A DNA stretch of 64,000 nucleotides from Pseudidiomarina sp. (GCA_048268755.1 JBLWUU010000002.1:241268-305267); one strand, 5' to 3'. Shown: positions 1-11,918, numbered from the stretch's first letter. Numbers and translations: made by a program. Notes: a model not told the origin generated them from the sequence alone.

Positions 1-151
1 GATGCAACAATTTCACGTTAAGCCGCTGCTCTAACGCAGAGACTTTTCTACTGACCTGCACGACACTGGTGTCTAACCGCCCTGCAGCTGCAGTAAAGCT
101 GCCTAGCTCGGCCACGGCAACGAATTCAGTCACGCCTTTCCAACTTGCCAT
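1..151 (-). CDS. LysR-family transcriptional regulator, 5' part only (runs off window start); not in ORF track
   Basis: Manual translation from ATG at 151: MASWKGVTEFVAVAELGSFTAAAGRLDTSVVQVSRKVSALEQRLNVKLLH, a typical LysR N-terminal HTH; divergent from frmA. Confidence 0.9.
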   Translation of the reverse strand, partial: MASWKGVTEFVAVAELGSFTAAAGRLDTSVVQVSRKVSALEQRLNVKLLH

Positions 152-153
152 AG

Positions 154-1871
<1,718 letters not shown>

Positions 1872-1911
1872 AAAGACTCCGATGCAGTGAAGTTATATTG
1901 TTAGCCTAGTC

Positions 1912-2748
1912 CTATTGTGAGCTTTTTAATAGTCCCGCATTTTCAGGCGTGTTCAAGCGCCAATCATAATCGGTGAAACGGATGCGGATATCACTAGCCA
2001 AGGCTTTGCGCTCGGCTTTGTCGTCGGCTAACGCGTCGGCATATTGGCGCATATAGGCGCGAAGATCGCCGAAGTCGTCTTCATACCAATCGAAGATGCG
2101 CGATAAATACAAACCTTTCTCGTCAATGCCACTTTTCGAGCGATCGCTCAAGAAGGTGCGCATTTGATCGTCAAGTTGGGCATCTAAAGTGGTTGGGATA
2201 TAAGCTTCAGCGCGTAGCTTCGGACAACTCATCGCCGCGCATACTAAAGCGGCATGAATCCGCGGTTCGTCAAAATAGACGCGGATGGTTTTGTGTTCGA
2301 CCCAGTCCAACGTGCGCATGCGACCCAGTAAATCCACTACTTCGCGTTCCCAGGCCGAGTAAAACAAGCCGCCAAGGTCACGGATTGACTCGCGCTCGCC
2401 ACTGGCAAATGACTCATAGTGATCGACAATAAGCTCTAGCGTGAAAGCATTGTAAGCATTGATAAGAAACGCCAACTGTTGGTCTTCGCTCCACGAGCGG
2501 TATTGGTCGACAGAAACATCCGCCAAGTTTTGCAAGTAGGCGTTGAGGGCCGGCTCGTCTTTCTGCAGTGCGGCGTAATCCACCACCGAGCGGCGGCCTT
2601 CATCGTAGACTACAACGTGCTTCTGCAATAGCTCAGTATAAGCCGCGTGGCTGTGGTCAAAGGACCCGGTACCTTGCGACTCGGCAGAAACCGTGCTTAA
2701 TGGTAGTAGCCACATCAGGGTAATAATCGTAATCAGTTTATTTTTCAT
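1912..2748 (-). CDS. DUF547 domain-containing secreted protein
   Basis: Signal peptide; LAFLINAYNA and EPRIHAALVCAAMSCPKL motifs. Confidence 0.85.
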   Translation of the reverse strand: MKNKLITIITLMWLLPLSTVSAESQGTGSFDHSHAAYTELLQKHVVVYDEGRRSVVDYAALQKDEPALNAYLQNLADVSVDQYRSWSEDQQLAFLINAYNAFTLELIVDHYESFASGERESIRDLGGLFYSAWEREVVDLLGRMRTLDWVEHKTIRVYFDEPRIHAALVCAAMSCPKLRAEAYIPTTLDAQLDDQMRTFLSDRSKSGIDEKGLYLSRIFDWYEDDFGDLRAYMRQYADALADDKAERKALASDIRIRFTDYDWRLNTPENAGLLKSSQ

Positions 2749-3013
2749 AATGATAGCGGCATTGAAGAATGGTCAGATGCCCCTCCTCGTAGTGATAAAC
2801 CAGACGATGTTCACGGTCTATTCGACGTGACCAAAGGCCTGATAAGCTTCCTTTCAGGGGTTCGGGTTTTCCGATACCTTCAAAAGGAGTACGCATACAT
2901 GACTTGATAAGTTTATTGATGGCTTTGCGCATTTTGGGCTGCTGTTCCCACGACAAGTAATCATCCCACGCGTGAGGTGTCCAGCTTAACAAGCATTCAT
3001 TCTGTTTTTTCAT
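2738..3013 (-). CDS. yoeB: Txe/YoeB-family toxin (ribosome-dependent mRNase)
   Basis: WDDYLSW, RTPFEGIGKPEPLK, WSRRIDREHRLVY, CRYHY. Confidence 0.93.
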   Translation of the reverse strand: MKKQNECLLSWTPHAWDDYLSWEQQPKMRKAINKLIKSCMRTPFEGIGKPEPLKGSLSGLWSRRIDREHRLVYHYEEGHLTILQCRYHYEK

Positions 3014-3266
3014 CGATCAGGCCCCGCTGCGAGGCCTTACCTTGCTTAAACTGCTCAATCGATTCAGCTAAACGTGAAGCGTTTGCCGGAGAGCTTAGCA
3101 AATGAATGGTCTCTTCCATGCTGGTGTAATCTTCCAATGAGAGCATCACTACAGGACGCCCGCGCTGACTCGTGATGACGGTAGGAATATGATCCTCTAC
3201 CACGGACTCCATATACCCTTTGAGCGACGCACGTGCCTCGCTATAGGTAATCACTTTAACGGTCAT
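2997..3266 (-). CDS. yefM: YefM/Phd-family antitoxin
   Basis: ITYSEARASLK...EDYTSMEETIHLLSSPANASRL; overlaps yoeB start. Confidence 0.93.
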   Translation of the reverse strand: MTVKVITYSEARASLKGYMESVVEDHIPTVITSQRGRPVVMLSLEDYTSMEETIHLLSSPANASRLAESIEQFKQGKASQRGLIDEKTE

Positions 3267-3297
3267 AATAGCGCCTCGCTTTAGTGTATGACAAAAA

Positions 3298-3318
3298 CAT
3301 TGTACTTATCATTGTACA
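3298..3318. promoter_or_regulatory. Putative YefM-YoeB operator
   Basis: CATTGTAC occurs twice 12 bp apart (TGTACT 3301-3306, TGTACA 3313-3318) just upstream of yefM; E. coli yefM operator has TGTACA cores with the same spacing. Confidence 0.75.
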
Positions 3319-3341
3319 ACAAAGCAAGTTATAACCGACCC

Positions 3342-4469
3342 TCAGCGCCGTCGCGCGCGTTTATTCCGTCGCTGCCACCAAATGTAGGTGCCAGTGATGG
3401 CTAACAATAAAGGTAGTACGCCGACAAAGCTATACCAAATTTTTACGGCGAGCCCGCCCCACGTGCCGAAATGTAAGCGGCGGAACGAGTCCAAGGTTTT
3501 CATACCAACGCTTTGCTCGTTGAGGTTGTAGGTGCTTAGATAGTCACCGCTGAAAGCATCATAGTTCGATACGCTGCCGTAGTTACTGAGCAGCGGGTTC
3601 GCTGTTGGCGCGCGGCCAAACACGGTGAACGGCAGCTCTGGTTCAAACGGAAACAGCAAATACGTCGGCTTGAAGCCATCGATGCGCTCACGACTGTCAG
3701 CTACCAAGGTATCGATATTCACCTCATCGCTATACAGACGCTCGGTCATAATATGATGCTCTTGGCCGCCGCCGTGCTCCGTCCATTCTTCATAGAAAAT
3801 CAGGCCGTTGTAGTACACGCCGGTAATGCCCAACACCAGCAGCACCGGCGAGGCGAAGGTACCGGCCATTTTGTGTAGGTCGCTGAACACCACCAACATG
3901 CGTTGGTTCCAGCGCAGAGTGAAGAAACGCGCCCAAAAGCGACGGTACATGATCAGTCCCGATACGCCCATGAACAACAAAAACAATCCCAGGGTTAAGC
4001 CGATCAGCAGCCCCAAATGTTCGGTAGCAAAGCTAAACTCTAGCCATTCAATGTCATTCAGCAACAACGTGTAATGCAGCTCAACGAGCCAGTCGGTTAG
4101 GTAGTGGCTAGGCTCAGTGGGTTGGCTTTGCAGCTCTCCGGTATAGGGGTTCAAATGAACCTTATGCCAAACGTCGGTGCCCTCTTTGATGACGAACACG
4201 CGGTCGGCTTCGTCATGGCCGGCTGGGAAGATTTCCCAACTGCCGATTTCGTACGCTGGCAATTGCTCATTCACACGATCTTTCAACGTGTCATAGGGCA
4301 GTCGCGGCCCATCAGAAGGCGCCAGCGTCGCCACCTCAGGCAGCAACAAGCTATCGATTTCTTTTTTGAAAACCAGAATACTTCCGGTCAGGCAAATAAG
4401 CAGAAAGGGGATCATAAAAATGATCCCCAACCAGCCATGCCACTTATGCAGTGATTTGCGCATGCTCAT
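3342..4469 (-). CDS. PepSY-associated TM helix protein (iron-uptake associated)
   Basis: HKWHGWLG, LHYTLL, LHKMAG, LHFG histidine motifs; directly downstream of a TonB receptor. Confidence 0.85.
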   Translation of the reverse strand: MSMRKSLHKWHGWLGIIFMIPFLLICLTGSILVFKKEIDSLLLPEVATLAPSDGPRLPYDTLKDRVNEQLPAYEIGSWEIFPAGHDEADRVFVIKEGTDVWHKVHLNPYTGELQSQPTEPSHYLTDWLVELHYTLLLNDIEWLEFSFATEHLGLLIGLTLGLFLLFMGVSGLIMYRRFWARFFTLRWNQRMLVVFSDLHKMAGTFASPVLLVLGITGVYYNGLIFYEEWTEHGGGQEHHIMTERLYSDEVNIDTLVADSRERIDGFKPTYLLFPFEPELPFTVFGRAPTANPLLSNYGSVSNYDAFSGDYLSTYNLNEQSVGMKTLDSFRRLHFGTWGGLAVKIWYSFVGVLPLLLAITGTYIWWQRRNKRARRR

Positions 4470-4485
4470 AGCTGTCAGCTAACCC

Positions 4486-6633
4486 TTAAAACGCATAAGT
4501 TAAGTTGGCAGAGTAGTTACGCTCGGCGCCGTAATATCCCTGCGCCCACAATAGGCTGTTCAGGTATTTTTCGTCGGTGACGTTGTTGGCGTTCACACTT
4601 ACCACCACCGCGTCAGTCAGTTGGTAGCTGGCCATGAGGTTCAATCGGCCATAAGCGTCTTGCGTGGTGACAATGGCTTCACCGGCATTGGCGTAGACGT
4701 CACTTACGGTGCCTTGCATGCGTGAGATTTTGTCTTGCCAAATGTAGGTCGCACCTAGTTTGAGCTTATCTAAAGACGCCGGACGGTAGGTCAGCGAGCT
4801 ACGGAACAAGTTCTCTGGGGTGTAGTCTTTAACCAACTGGTCGCCTTCAATATCGAAAGAGGTTAGGGCCACATTCCCTTGCAACCCTGGGAGAATTTCG
4901 CCTGCCAGCTCAACCTCGAAGCCTTTACTTTCGATTCCGTCAACTGCGCGGTACACCGGCTCAGGCACACCGGTTTCTGGGTTCAATGCATCACCAGCGC
5001 CAACGCCCAAGTTTTCTTGCTGCACGTTAAAGTAGGCAGCTGACAGCAAGGCGCCGCCGTTGAACAAGTCGGCTTTGAAGCCTACTTCGCTGTTTTTGCC
5101 GGTCAGTGCTGGCAAACGCTCGAAGTTCTCGTCGCGCAGGTTTTGCGCCATGAAGGTTTCGGTGTAAGAGCCGTACACAGTTACTGCGTCGCTAACGGCA
5201 TAAGTTACGCCAAAGTAGGGGACAAATTCGCTTTCGTCACGTGAGTTATCCACACCATAGCCCATACCTTCGGTTTCAAAGCTGTTGTAGCGGCCACCCG
5301 CAAGCACATTTAGGTCGCTCGTTAATGAGAAGCGCCCTTGTAAGTAGATGGCCTTCTGCGTGTTCTCAATGTCACTGCCCGCTAGGCCGTCGGTGAATTC
5401 CGGGAAGGGCGTGTTGCCGTTCCAGTCTTCAAGCGCTGGCATTGCTGGGAAGCCGTTGCCAGTGTGGTAATCGTACAAGCTGGTATCGATATAATCCAAG
5501 CGAGCGTAGTTGGCACCGACCACTAACTGGTGTTCTTGGCCCCAAGCATCGAAGCTGCCACTTACATAAGCGTCGAACATATCCTGCTTGTCATCGAGGT
5601 CATATTCACTGCCGTAGCCTACTAAGCCTAGGCCGGTTTCAGGATCGAGGCCGGTGGCAGGATCAGCCAAGTAGGTGTAGAACAGATGGCTGTCTTCATC
5701 GGTGCGTACGCGATTGTAGGCCATACGCAAATTCCAGCGGTCACTCAACGCGGTTTCCAGATCAATAAAGCTGCGGCTTTCTTTGACATTCCACTCTGAC
5801 CAATCGGCGGCAATGTTGGTGCTGCGGTCAAAGTTAGTCGGTGTGCCGTCGCCATAATAGAGCGTTAATGCACCCCAAAGATTGCCGTCGGTCTCGCTGT
5901 TGGTTTCGCTGTGACCGAAGGTGATCAAGGTGTTGGTGCTTGGTGCATAGTCGGCCACGGCATAGAACACTTGGCCCTCGTTGGCGTAGCGGTCGAGATA
6001 CGACTCACGGTCATCGGCCACCACCACTGCGCGCACTCGGAAGGCATCGTTCACTACCGCGGAATAGTCGGCTTCGAGACGCTTGGTATTCCAGGAGCCC
6101 ACAGTGGCGCTCACGTAACCTTGGTTCTCGCTTTTCGGACGCTTCCGCACTAAGTTAACGGTCGCTGACGGGCTACCTACGCCGGTCATGATGCCGTTGG
6201 CACCGTGTACGACTTCAATCCGCTCGTATAACGCGGCATCGACACGACCATGGGTGTTGTCGTTGATAAGTGGCAAGCCAAGGCCGTCAATTTGAAAGTT
6301 ATTCACAGCAAAGCCACGCGAAGTGTAATAAGTACGGTCACTTTCGACTTGCTCGACGTTGATGGTCGCTGAGTTTTCTAACGCACTGTTCAAATCATGA
6401 AGAGCGAAGTCTTTAAGCTTCTCGGCACTGATCACGGTGACGGTTTGCGGGGTTTCTTTGATACTAATATCGAGCTTAGAAGCAGATTCTTGCTCTTTTG
6501 ATAGGTAACCACTTTGCTGCTCGCCTTTAATTTCTAGGCGCTCCATGGCTTCGGTGGTTTGCATTTCAGCGGCGAAAGCCTGGGGCGCGAGGGCAAGACT
6601 TACAGCAACGGCAACACGAGACATCATTTTCAC
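4486..6633 (-). CDS. TonB-dependent siderophore receptor (FhuE/FpvA-like)
   Basis: Signal peptide, ETPQTVTVI plug start, ERIEVVHGANG, NNVTDEKY, C-terminal Phe. Confidence 0.9.
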   Translation of the reverse strand: MKMMSRVAVAVSLALAPQAFAAEMQTTEAMERLEIKGEQQSGYLSKEQESASKLDISIKETPQTVTVISAEKLKDFALHDLNSALENSATINVEQVESDRTYYTSRGFAVNNFQIDGLGLPLINDNTHGRVDAALYERIEVVHGANGIMTGVGSPSATVNLVRKRPKSENQGYVSATVGSWNTKRLEADYSAVVNDAFRVRAVVVADDRESYLDRYANEGQVFYAVADYAPSTNTLITFGHSETNSETDGNLWGALTLYYGDGTPTNFDRSTNIAADWSEWNVKESRSFIDLETALSDRWNLRMAYNRVRTDEDSHLFYTYLADPATGLDPETGLGLVGYGSEYDLDDKQDMFDAYVSGSFDAWGQEHQLVVGANYARLDYIDTSLYDYHTGNGFPAMPALEDWNGNTPFPEFTDGLAGSDIENTQKAIYLQGRFSLTSDLNVLAGGRYNSFETEGMGYGVDNSRDESEFVPYFGVTYAVSDAVTVYGSYTETFMAQNLRDENFERLPALTGKNSEVGFKADLFNGGALLSAAYFNVQQENLGVGAGDALNPETGVPEPVYRAVDGIESKGFEVELAGEILPGLQGNVALTSFDIEGDQLVKDYTPENLFRSSLTYRPASLDKLKLGATYIWQDKISRMQGTVSDVYANAGEAIVTTQDAYGRLNLMASYQLTDAVVVSVNANNVTDEKYLNSLLWAQGYYGAERNYSANLTYAF

Positions 6634-6687
6634 AACAAGATCCTCTTCGGCATGATTCTAAATAATTGATGCCGGCGATCTTAATGC

Positions 6688-6707
6688 AAATGCGAATGGT
6701 TCGCAAT
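6688..6707. promoter_or_regulatory. Putative Fur box
   Basis: TGCGAAT-G-GTTCGCA (6691-6705) near-perfect 7-1-7 inverted repeat upstream of the siderophore receptor. Confidence 0.75.
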
Positions 6708-6793
6708 ACCGTTTTTTACTCTTTATATGTACCTTGACCTTGTACTGAAAGCGTGTCGATAATGGGCTAACTCATTCTTGTGGCTGACTTTTC

Positions 6794-7588
6794 ATGACAA
6801 TAACTCCTTCAATACTCATTTCAGGTGCAGCGGCTGGTATTGGTGAAGCGACGGCGCTGAAGTTCTTGGCGGAAGGTTGGCGTGTGGGTGCTTATGACAT
6901 TGATGGCAAAGGCCTGACTGCACTTTCTCGTGAGGTAGCGGAAAGCCAACGTGCCCAGTTAGTCACTGGCTGCTTGGATGTCACCGACAATGACAGTTGG
7001 CAACAGGCACTGGAGGACTTTACCTCACACACGGGCGGCAGTTTGAACCTGTTATTCAACAATGCGGGCATTTTATGCTCGGGGCCGTTTGCTGATACCT
7101 CACTTGAACAGCAGCAACGTTTGATTGCGGTGAATGTGCAGGGTTTGCTGGCGGGCTGTTACTTAGCTTTGCCCTACTTACAAAATGCCGCCACCAGTGA
7201 CAACGGTGCGCGAGTGATCAACATGAGTTCAGCAAGTGCCCTCTATGGCCAGCCGGCGTTGGCGGTCTATTCCGCCAGTAAATTTGCCGTGCGCGGTATC
7301 ACTGAAGCATTGGACTTGGAGTGGGCTGCGCATGGTGTGAAAGTCATGGACGTGATGCCGTTATTCGTGCGCACGCAAATGGTCACCGACATGAATGCCG
7401 GTAGCATCAAGCGGCTGGGTGTGCGCTTAACACCGGAAGATATTGCCGCGACCGTATTTAAGATGGCGCACTATCGCGGCAGCCGTGTGCATTGCCCTGT
7501 CGGTCTGCAAACCAAGCTCATGATGGGCGCCAGCAAGCTCTCACCGAACTGGCTGACGCGCCTGACCAATCGCTGGATTACGCGTTAG
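6794..7588 (+). CDS. Short-chain dehydrogenase/reductase
   Basis: SGAAAGIG, NNAG, YSASK motifs. Confidence 0.9.
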   Translation: MTITPSILISGAAAGIGEATALKFLAEGWRVGAYDIDGKGLTALSREVAESQRAQLVTGCLDVTDNDSWQQALEDFTSHTGGSLNLLFNNAGILCSGPFADTSLEQQQRLIAVNVQGLLAGCYLALPYLQNAATSDNGARVINMSSASALYGQPALAVYSASKFAVRGITEALDLEWAAHGVKVMDVMPLFVRTQMVTDMNAGSIKRLGVRLTPEDIAATVFKMAHYRGSRVHCPVGLQTKLMMGASKLSPNWLTRLTNRWITR

Positions 7589-8284
7589 TTAGTAGTTACC
7601 CACGTTCTTGGTAGTTACGCTACCTGAACCGTCGTCGATAATATTCAAGCCGCCGACGTTTTTCACGTTGATACTGCCAGAGCCATCATCGATGGTCACC
7701 TTACCGGTAACGTCTTTAATGTCCATGCTGCCTGAGCCGTCATCGACACGAAGGTTGCCGTCGATATCGCGAATATCGAGACTACCCGAGCCATCATCGA
7801 CTTCGACATTACCGACAATGTCAGCGATTTCGATACTGCCTGAACCATCTTCCACATCAACGTTCGCCTTGATGTTGCGGATAGTGATAGAACCTGAACC
7901 GTCATTTACATCGAGCGCCAGCCCCTCTGGCATGTACACCACTAAGTCGATGCGCGGGCTCCCGTCGCCCCAACTGCTGGATGAGATCTTAGACACCAAA
8001 TCTGCTTCGTCACCGTCTGGTTTCAGCGTCAGTTCAACGTCATCGGCATCTTGGTAGTGGATTTCCGCGACGACATCGATAGTGGTGCGACCTGGCTCAC
8101 CATAGACTTCAAGAAAACCGGCACCCGCTTCTATTTCAAGCTCATTGAGCCCTGCAGTGGCAAGGCTTAACTCTCGTTTCTCATAGTTGAGATCATCATC
8201 GCCCCAACCACCATTACCGTTGGCGTACACCACACAACCGCTGAGCAAGCTTGCTGCGGCCACTGCAATTACTGTCATTTTCAT
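7589..8284 (-). CDS. DUF4097-type beta-strand repeat lipoprotein
   Basis: Lipobox LSGC; six 18-aa DGSGS repeats. Confidence 0.85.
   Translation of the reverse strand: MKMTVIAVAAASLLSGCVVYANGNGGWGDDDLNYEKRELSLATAGLNELEIEAGAGFLEVYGEPGRTTIDVVAEIHYQDADDVELTLKPDGDEADLVSKISSSSWGDGSPRIDLVVYMPEGLALDVNDGSGSITIRNIKANVDVEDGSGSIEIADIVGNVEVDDGSGSLDIRDIDGNLRVDDGSGSMDIKDVTGKVTIDDGSGSINVKNVGGLNIIDDGSGSVTTKNVGNY
7590..7910 (-). repeat. Intragenic imperfect 54-bp tandem repeat (coding DGSGS units)
   Basis: GARCC anchor at 7626, 7680, 7734, 7788, 7842, 7896 (exact 54-bp period). Confidence 0.9.
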
Positions 8285-8370
8285 TGAGTTTGTTCCTTTT
8301 TATTCTCGTGTTGTAAGTGTAGACGAATTCGTTTGCGGCAGGGTTTACATGCGAGGTGAAATTTTTTTAA

Positions 8371-8485
8371 TCCTTTTTTAATAGGATTAAATTGATTTAT
8401 TGACCCTATGCACCTATATTCCTACAAAGATAGGATTTATAGAAGAACGCTGTAACTTAAGCAATTATTCCTTTTAACGTAGGAT
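8371..8485. promoter_or_regulatory. Three putative HipB operators TCCT-N8-AGGAT
   Basis: Copies begin at 8371, 8420 and 8469; resemble E. coli HipB operator architecture TATCC-N8-GGATA. Confidence 0.75.
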
Positions 8486-8489
8486 TATT

Positions 8490-8762
8490 ATGGCTCGCAC
8501 AATCACCGTTCCACAGCCACCTCAGCTAGACGCACCACTTGATATGGAGACGCTGGGCGCCTTCGTGCGCTACAAGCGTTCAACACTCGGTATTACGCTG
8601 GAAGATGCTGCAGCCCTCTGTGGGCTATCAAAACAAGCCTACAATAATATTGAAAAAGGCGTCGTAACCGTGCGGGCTGAAACCTTGTTTAAAGCCCTTG
8701 ATGGGCTTGGCATTGCTCTAACAGTAGCGCCGCAACAGGAAGCTGACGATGAGTGGATCTAA
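8490..8762 (+). CDS. hipB: HipB-like XRE HTH antitoxin
   Basis: LGAFVRYKR...TLEDAAALCGLSKQAYNNIEKG HTH; overlaps hipA start. Confidence 0.8.
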   Translation: MARTITVPQPPQLDAPLDMETLGAFVRYKRSTLGITLEDAAALCGLSKQAYNNIEKGVVTVRAETLFKALDGLGIALTVAPQQEADDEWI

Positions 8763-10056
8763 AACGGTTCCAGCAATTGCGGTTTTTGCTCGCTCTCACA
8801 AAGTCGGTGATCTTAGTTTTCAGGGGGCGCAACAGTGCCTATTTAGTTACGCTGATGACTGGTGCGACATCGGCTTCCCTATCTCGCCCCATTTAAGTTT
8901 TAACGCGGTGCAAAAAGGTGAAGTTGCAAATGCTACCGTGGTGAATTTCTTGCGCAATTTATTCCCAGAAGGCTCAGCATTCGAGAACTTACTCGCCAGC
9001 CAGCACATTTCGCGCAACAACTTGTACGCTATTCTCTCGGCAATCGGCCACGACACTGCTGGAGCCCTTACTTTTGGCGAACCATCGACAGCGAGGCACG
9101 AGCCTGCACTACGAGAAGTCACAGAAAAGGAACTTGTTGAGCGCTTGCAACAACGTAAGGATATGAGCCTGTGGGACGGAAAGTTTCGACTCTCAGTTGC
9201 CGGTGTGCAGAGTAAGCTTAATGTGTACATGAAAGATAAAAAGCTCTTTTTGGCTGAGGGGGAGTACGCCAGCACCCACATTTTAAAATTTGCTCCCAAG
9301 GACCACCCAACGCTCGTGCAAAACGAGCATTTCTGTATGCAACTTGCGCGTGCTGCCGGTCTAGACGCTGCGCAAACGGACCTACTGCCGCTGGGTGAAT
9401 ATACCGCTCTACTCGTTGAGCGTTTTGATCGGCGCGCGCTAGCTAACGGTGTCGCCAAACGCCATATCATTGATGGTTGCCAAGCATTAGATATGCCGCC
9501 CGAATACAAATATGAGCAAAACTTTGGGAGTGGTCGTGACGTGCGTCATATCCGCGAAGGTGTCAGCCTTGCAAAGCTTTTTGCCTTCGCTGATAAAACT
9601 TCAGTACCAGTACTCACGCGACAGAAGTTGCTTGATTGGGTGCTATTCAACCTTATCGTTGGTAATAGTGACGCACATGGCAAGAACGTTAGCTTTTTCA
9701 TTGCAGCGGACGGTTCACTTTCCCTCACACCATTCTATGACTTGGTGTCAGTGGTGTGTGAAGGTGAGTCAGTAGAAAAATTGGACACCGATCTAGCTAT
9801 GGCCATCGGAGATAATTTTGCTGTAAGTCGCATCACAGCTTTCGATTTATTAAGCTTTGCCGACGAGAACGGCATCAAGTTTGACCTACTCGAGCGGCGT
9901 TTGCTGCGCTTGCTTGATTTGACGGAAAAATACTGCATATCTGCGAAGGATGCGTCGGAAGCGACGCAAAAAATAGCCGCACACGTTGTACAACGCTGCG
10001 CGGCTATTCGGGAGCAAGCAGCGCAACTCGAAGAAGTTGCGCGCGGTGCATTTTAG
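8749..10056 (+). CDS. hipA: HipA-family Ser/Thr kinase toxin
   Basis: SVAGVQSK, HILK, NEHFCM, VERFDR, GNSDAHGKN, PFYD motifs intact. Confidence 0.92.
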   Translation: MSGSKTVPAIAVFARSHKVGDLSFQGAQQCLFSYADDWCDIGFPISPHLSFNAVQKGEVANATVVNFLRNLFPEGSAFENLLASQHISRNNLYAILSAIGHDTAGALTFGEPSTARHEPALREVTEKELVERLQQRKDMSLWDGKFRLSVAGVQSKLNVYMKDKKLFLAEGEYASTHILKFAPKDHPTLVQNEHFCMQLARAAGLDAAQTDLLPLGEYTALLVERFDRRALANGVAKRHIIDGCQALDMPPEYKYEQNFGSGRDVRHIREGVSLAKLFAFADKTSVPVLTRQKLLDWVLFNLIVGNSDAHGKNVSFFIAADGSLSLTPFYDLVSVVCEGESVEKLDTDLAMAIGDNFAVSRITAFDLLSFADENGIKFDLLERRLLRLLDLTEKYCISAKDASEATQKIAAHVVQRCAAIREQAAQLEEVARGAF

Positions 10057-11918
10057 CTTTGTTTTGAAGCGATATACTCGTCGACAAACTGCTCGAGAAT
10101 GTTCAACGGCACTGGACCATTAGCAAGAATCACATCGTGGAACTCGCGAATATCAAAATCATCGCCGAGCGCTTCTTTTGCCTTCGCACGTAGTTCCAAA
10201 ATCTTGTTCATACCGATTTTGTAAGCCGTAGCTTGACCAGGCATTACGATATGGCGCTCAACCATTTTCACGGCATCGGCACGCGCATTCGGCGTGTTAT
10301 TCACGTAATACTCGATGCCTTCTTCGCGCGTCCATTTCTTCGCATGGATACCGGTATCAACGACCAAGCGGCAGGCGCGCCAGAGCTCCATCGCCAAACG
10401 CCCAAAGTCTGAATACGGGTCTTGGTAGAAGCCGATTTCTTTCGGTAGCTTCTCGGTATAGAGACCCCAACCTTCAGAATAGGCGGTCACACGACCGAAC
10501 TTACGGAAGCTTGGTACGTTCTCCAATTCCTGCTGAATCGCGATTTGCATATGATGACCTGGAATCCCTTCGTGGTACGCCAAGGCTTCCATCTGATAGG
10601 TCGGCATTGAGGCCATGTCGTACAAATTAGCGTAGTAAGTACCTGGGCGTGTGCCATCCATTGAAGGCTGCTGGTAGAACGCTTTACCCGCTGACTTCTC
10701 GCGGAACGGTTCAACTGCTTTGACAATCATGTCAGCTTTTGGCTTCTTGATGAACAGCTCATCTAGGCGACCACGCATCACGTCAATGATCTCTTTCGCT
10801 TCGCTAAGATAACGCGCACGCCCCTCTTCGGTATCCGGGTAGATAAAGTCTTGGTTGTTGCGCATGTGCACGAAGAACTCTTGCAAGGTACCGTCAAAAC
10901 CAACTTTGTTCATGATCACGCGCATTTCGTCATGAATCCGCGCCACTTCGCTGAGGCCAATTTCATGAATTTCGTTTGCGGTCAGATCGGTCGTGGTGGT
11001 GCGCTGCAAACGGTTGTTGTAGAAAGCTTCACCGTCCGGCAGCTTCCACGCACCGTCTTCGGTGGTGGCTTGCGCTTCAAGCTCTTCAACCACTGCGATT
11101 AAGTTTTCATAGGCAGGCTTAACCGACTGCAACATAGCGGTTTTTGCTTGGCTGGTTAGTTCATTGAGTTGGCTATCATCGATATCAAGATTATCAATTT
11201 TGCCCGTAAAGTCCGCCCACAAAGCGCTGGCCTCGCCATCATCGAACGGCGCACCAGAAATGATATTTTTGCTGTCGCTGATCACATACGGATACACGAA
11301 TTTCGGCGCCATGATACCTTTCTCGGCACGCAACTTAAGGTTCTCACCTAATTGGTCAAACAATGCAGGTAGGCCATTCAAACGCGCGATGTAATCTTCC
11401 GCATCTTTGATATCTTGAATACGGTGCTGGTTGATCAACAACGCCGCTACGCTCGAGTGCATACCGAACATCTGGTTCACCGGGTAGTTGTGGTGACGCC
11501 ATTGATAATCAGCGATACCCTCTTCAAGCTCTTGCTGCATCAACTGCCAGCTCAAACGTGTTTGTTCATTGAGTTTGGCTGGATCAATCGCATTGACTTG
11601 CGCCAAATGCTCTTTCGCCATCGCCAGACCTTCTTCATTATGTTCTTGGGATAAGTCGTCCCATTTATCTTGGTTCTCTTCAAGGCCCAGACGCGTTTGG
11701 AACATTGGGCTGCGCATGACATTCGCCATGAAGATGTCTTCAAACAGCTGATTGGCTTTTTCTGATTCAGCGGCAATCACTTCTGCGCTGTAACTTTCAG
11801 GTGTCGTTTGCGCTTGCGCGTTTGGCGCCTGATTCGCATCATTTGTGCTCGGCGCTTCGGAGCATGCGCTCATAAATAACGCCAGCGAGACTGCGGCGGC
11901 AATTTTTGCTTTGTACAT
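10053..11918 (-). CDS. DUF885 family lipoprotein (putative metallopeptidase-like)
   Basis: Start at 11918 gives lipobox FMSAC; YHEGIPGHH, YSEGWGLY, PGQATAY motifs. Confidence 0.88.
   Translation of the reverse strand: MYKAKIAAAVSLALFMSACSEAPSTNDANQAPNAQAQTTPESYSAEVIAAESEKANQLFEDIFMANVMRSPMFQTRLGLEENQDKWDDLSQEHNEEGLAMAKEHLAQVNAIDPAKLNEQTRLSWQLMQQELEEGIADYQWRHHNYPVNQMFGMHSSVAALLINQHRIQDIKDAEDYIARLNGLPALFDQLGENLKLRAEKGIMAPKFVYPYVISDSKNIISGAPFDDGEASALWADFTGKIDNLDIDDSQLNELTSQAKTAMLQSVKPAYENLIAVVEELEAQATTEDGAWKLPDGEAFYNNRLQRTTTTDLTANEIHEIGLSEVARIHDEMRVIMNKVGFDGTLQEFFVHMRNNQDFIYPDTEEGRARYLSEAKEIIDVMRGRLDELFIKKPKADMIVKAVEPFREKSAGKAFYQQPSMDGTRPGTYYANLYDMASMPTYQMEALAYHEGIPGHHMQIAIQQELENVPSFRKFGRVTAYSEGWGLYTEKLPKEIGFYQDPYSDFGRLAMELWRACRLVVDTGIHAKKWTREEGIEYYVNNTPNARADAVKMVERHIVMPGQATAYKIGMNKILELRAKAKEALGDDFDIREFHDVILANGPVPLNILEQFVDEYIASKQS

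Noticed and set aside
7590-7910. Regular 54-bp repeats as a CRISPR array
   Set aside because: Repeats are in-frame coding units of a DUF4097-type protein, vary at synonymous positions, have no unique spacers and no cas genes are present.
7608-8057. 149-aa plus-strand ORF with PEPSS repeats
   Set aside because: Antisense shadow of the DGSGS repeats.
8847-9509. 220-aa antisense ORF within hipA, and similar long antisense ORFs (17901-18545, 39411-39935, 12089-12595)
   Set aside because: Fully overlap well-supported genes, no recognisable motifs, composition typical of shadow frames.
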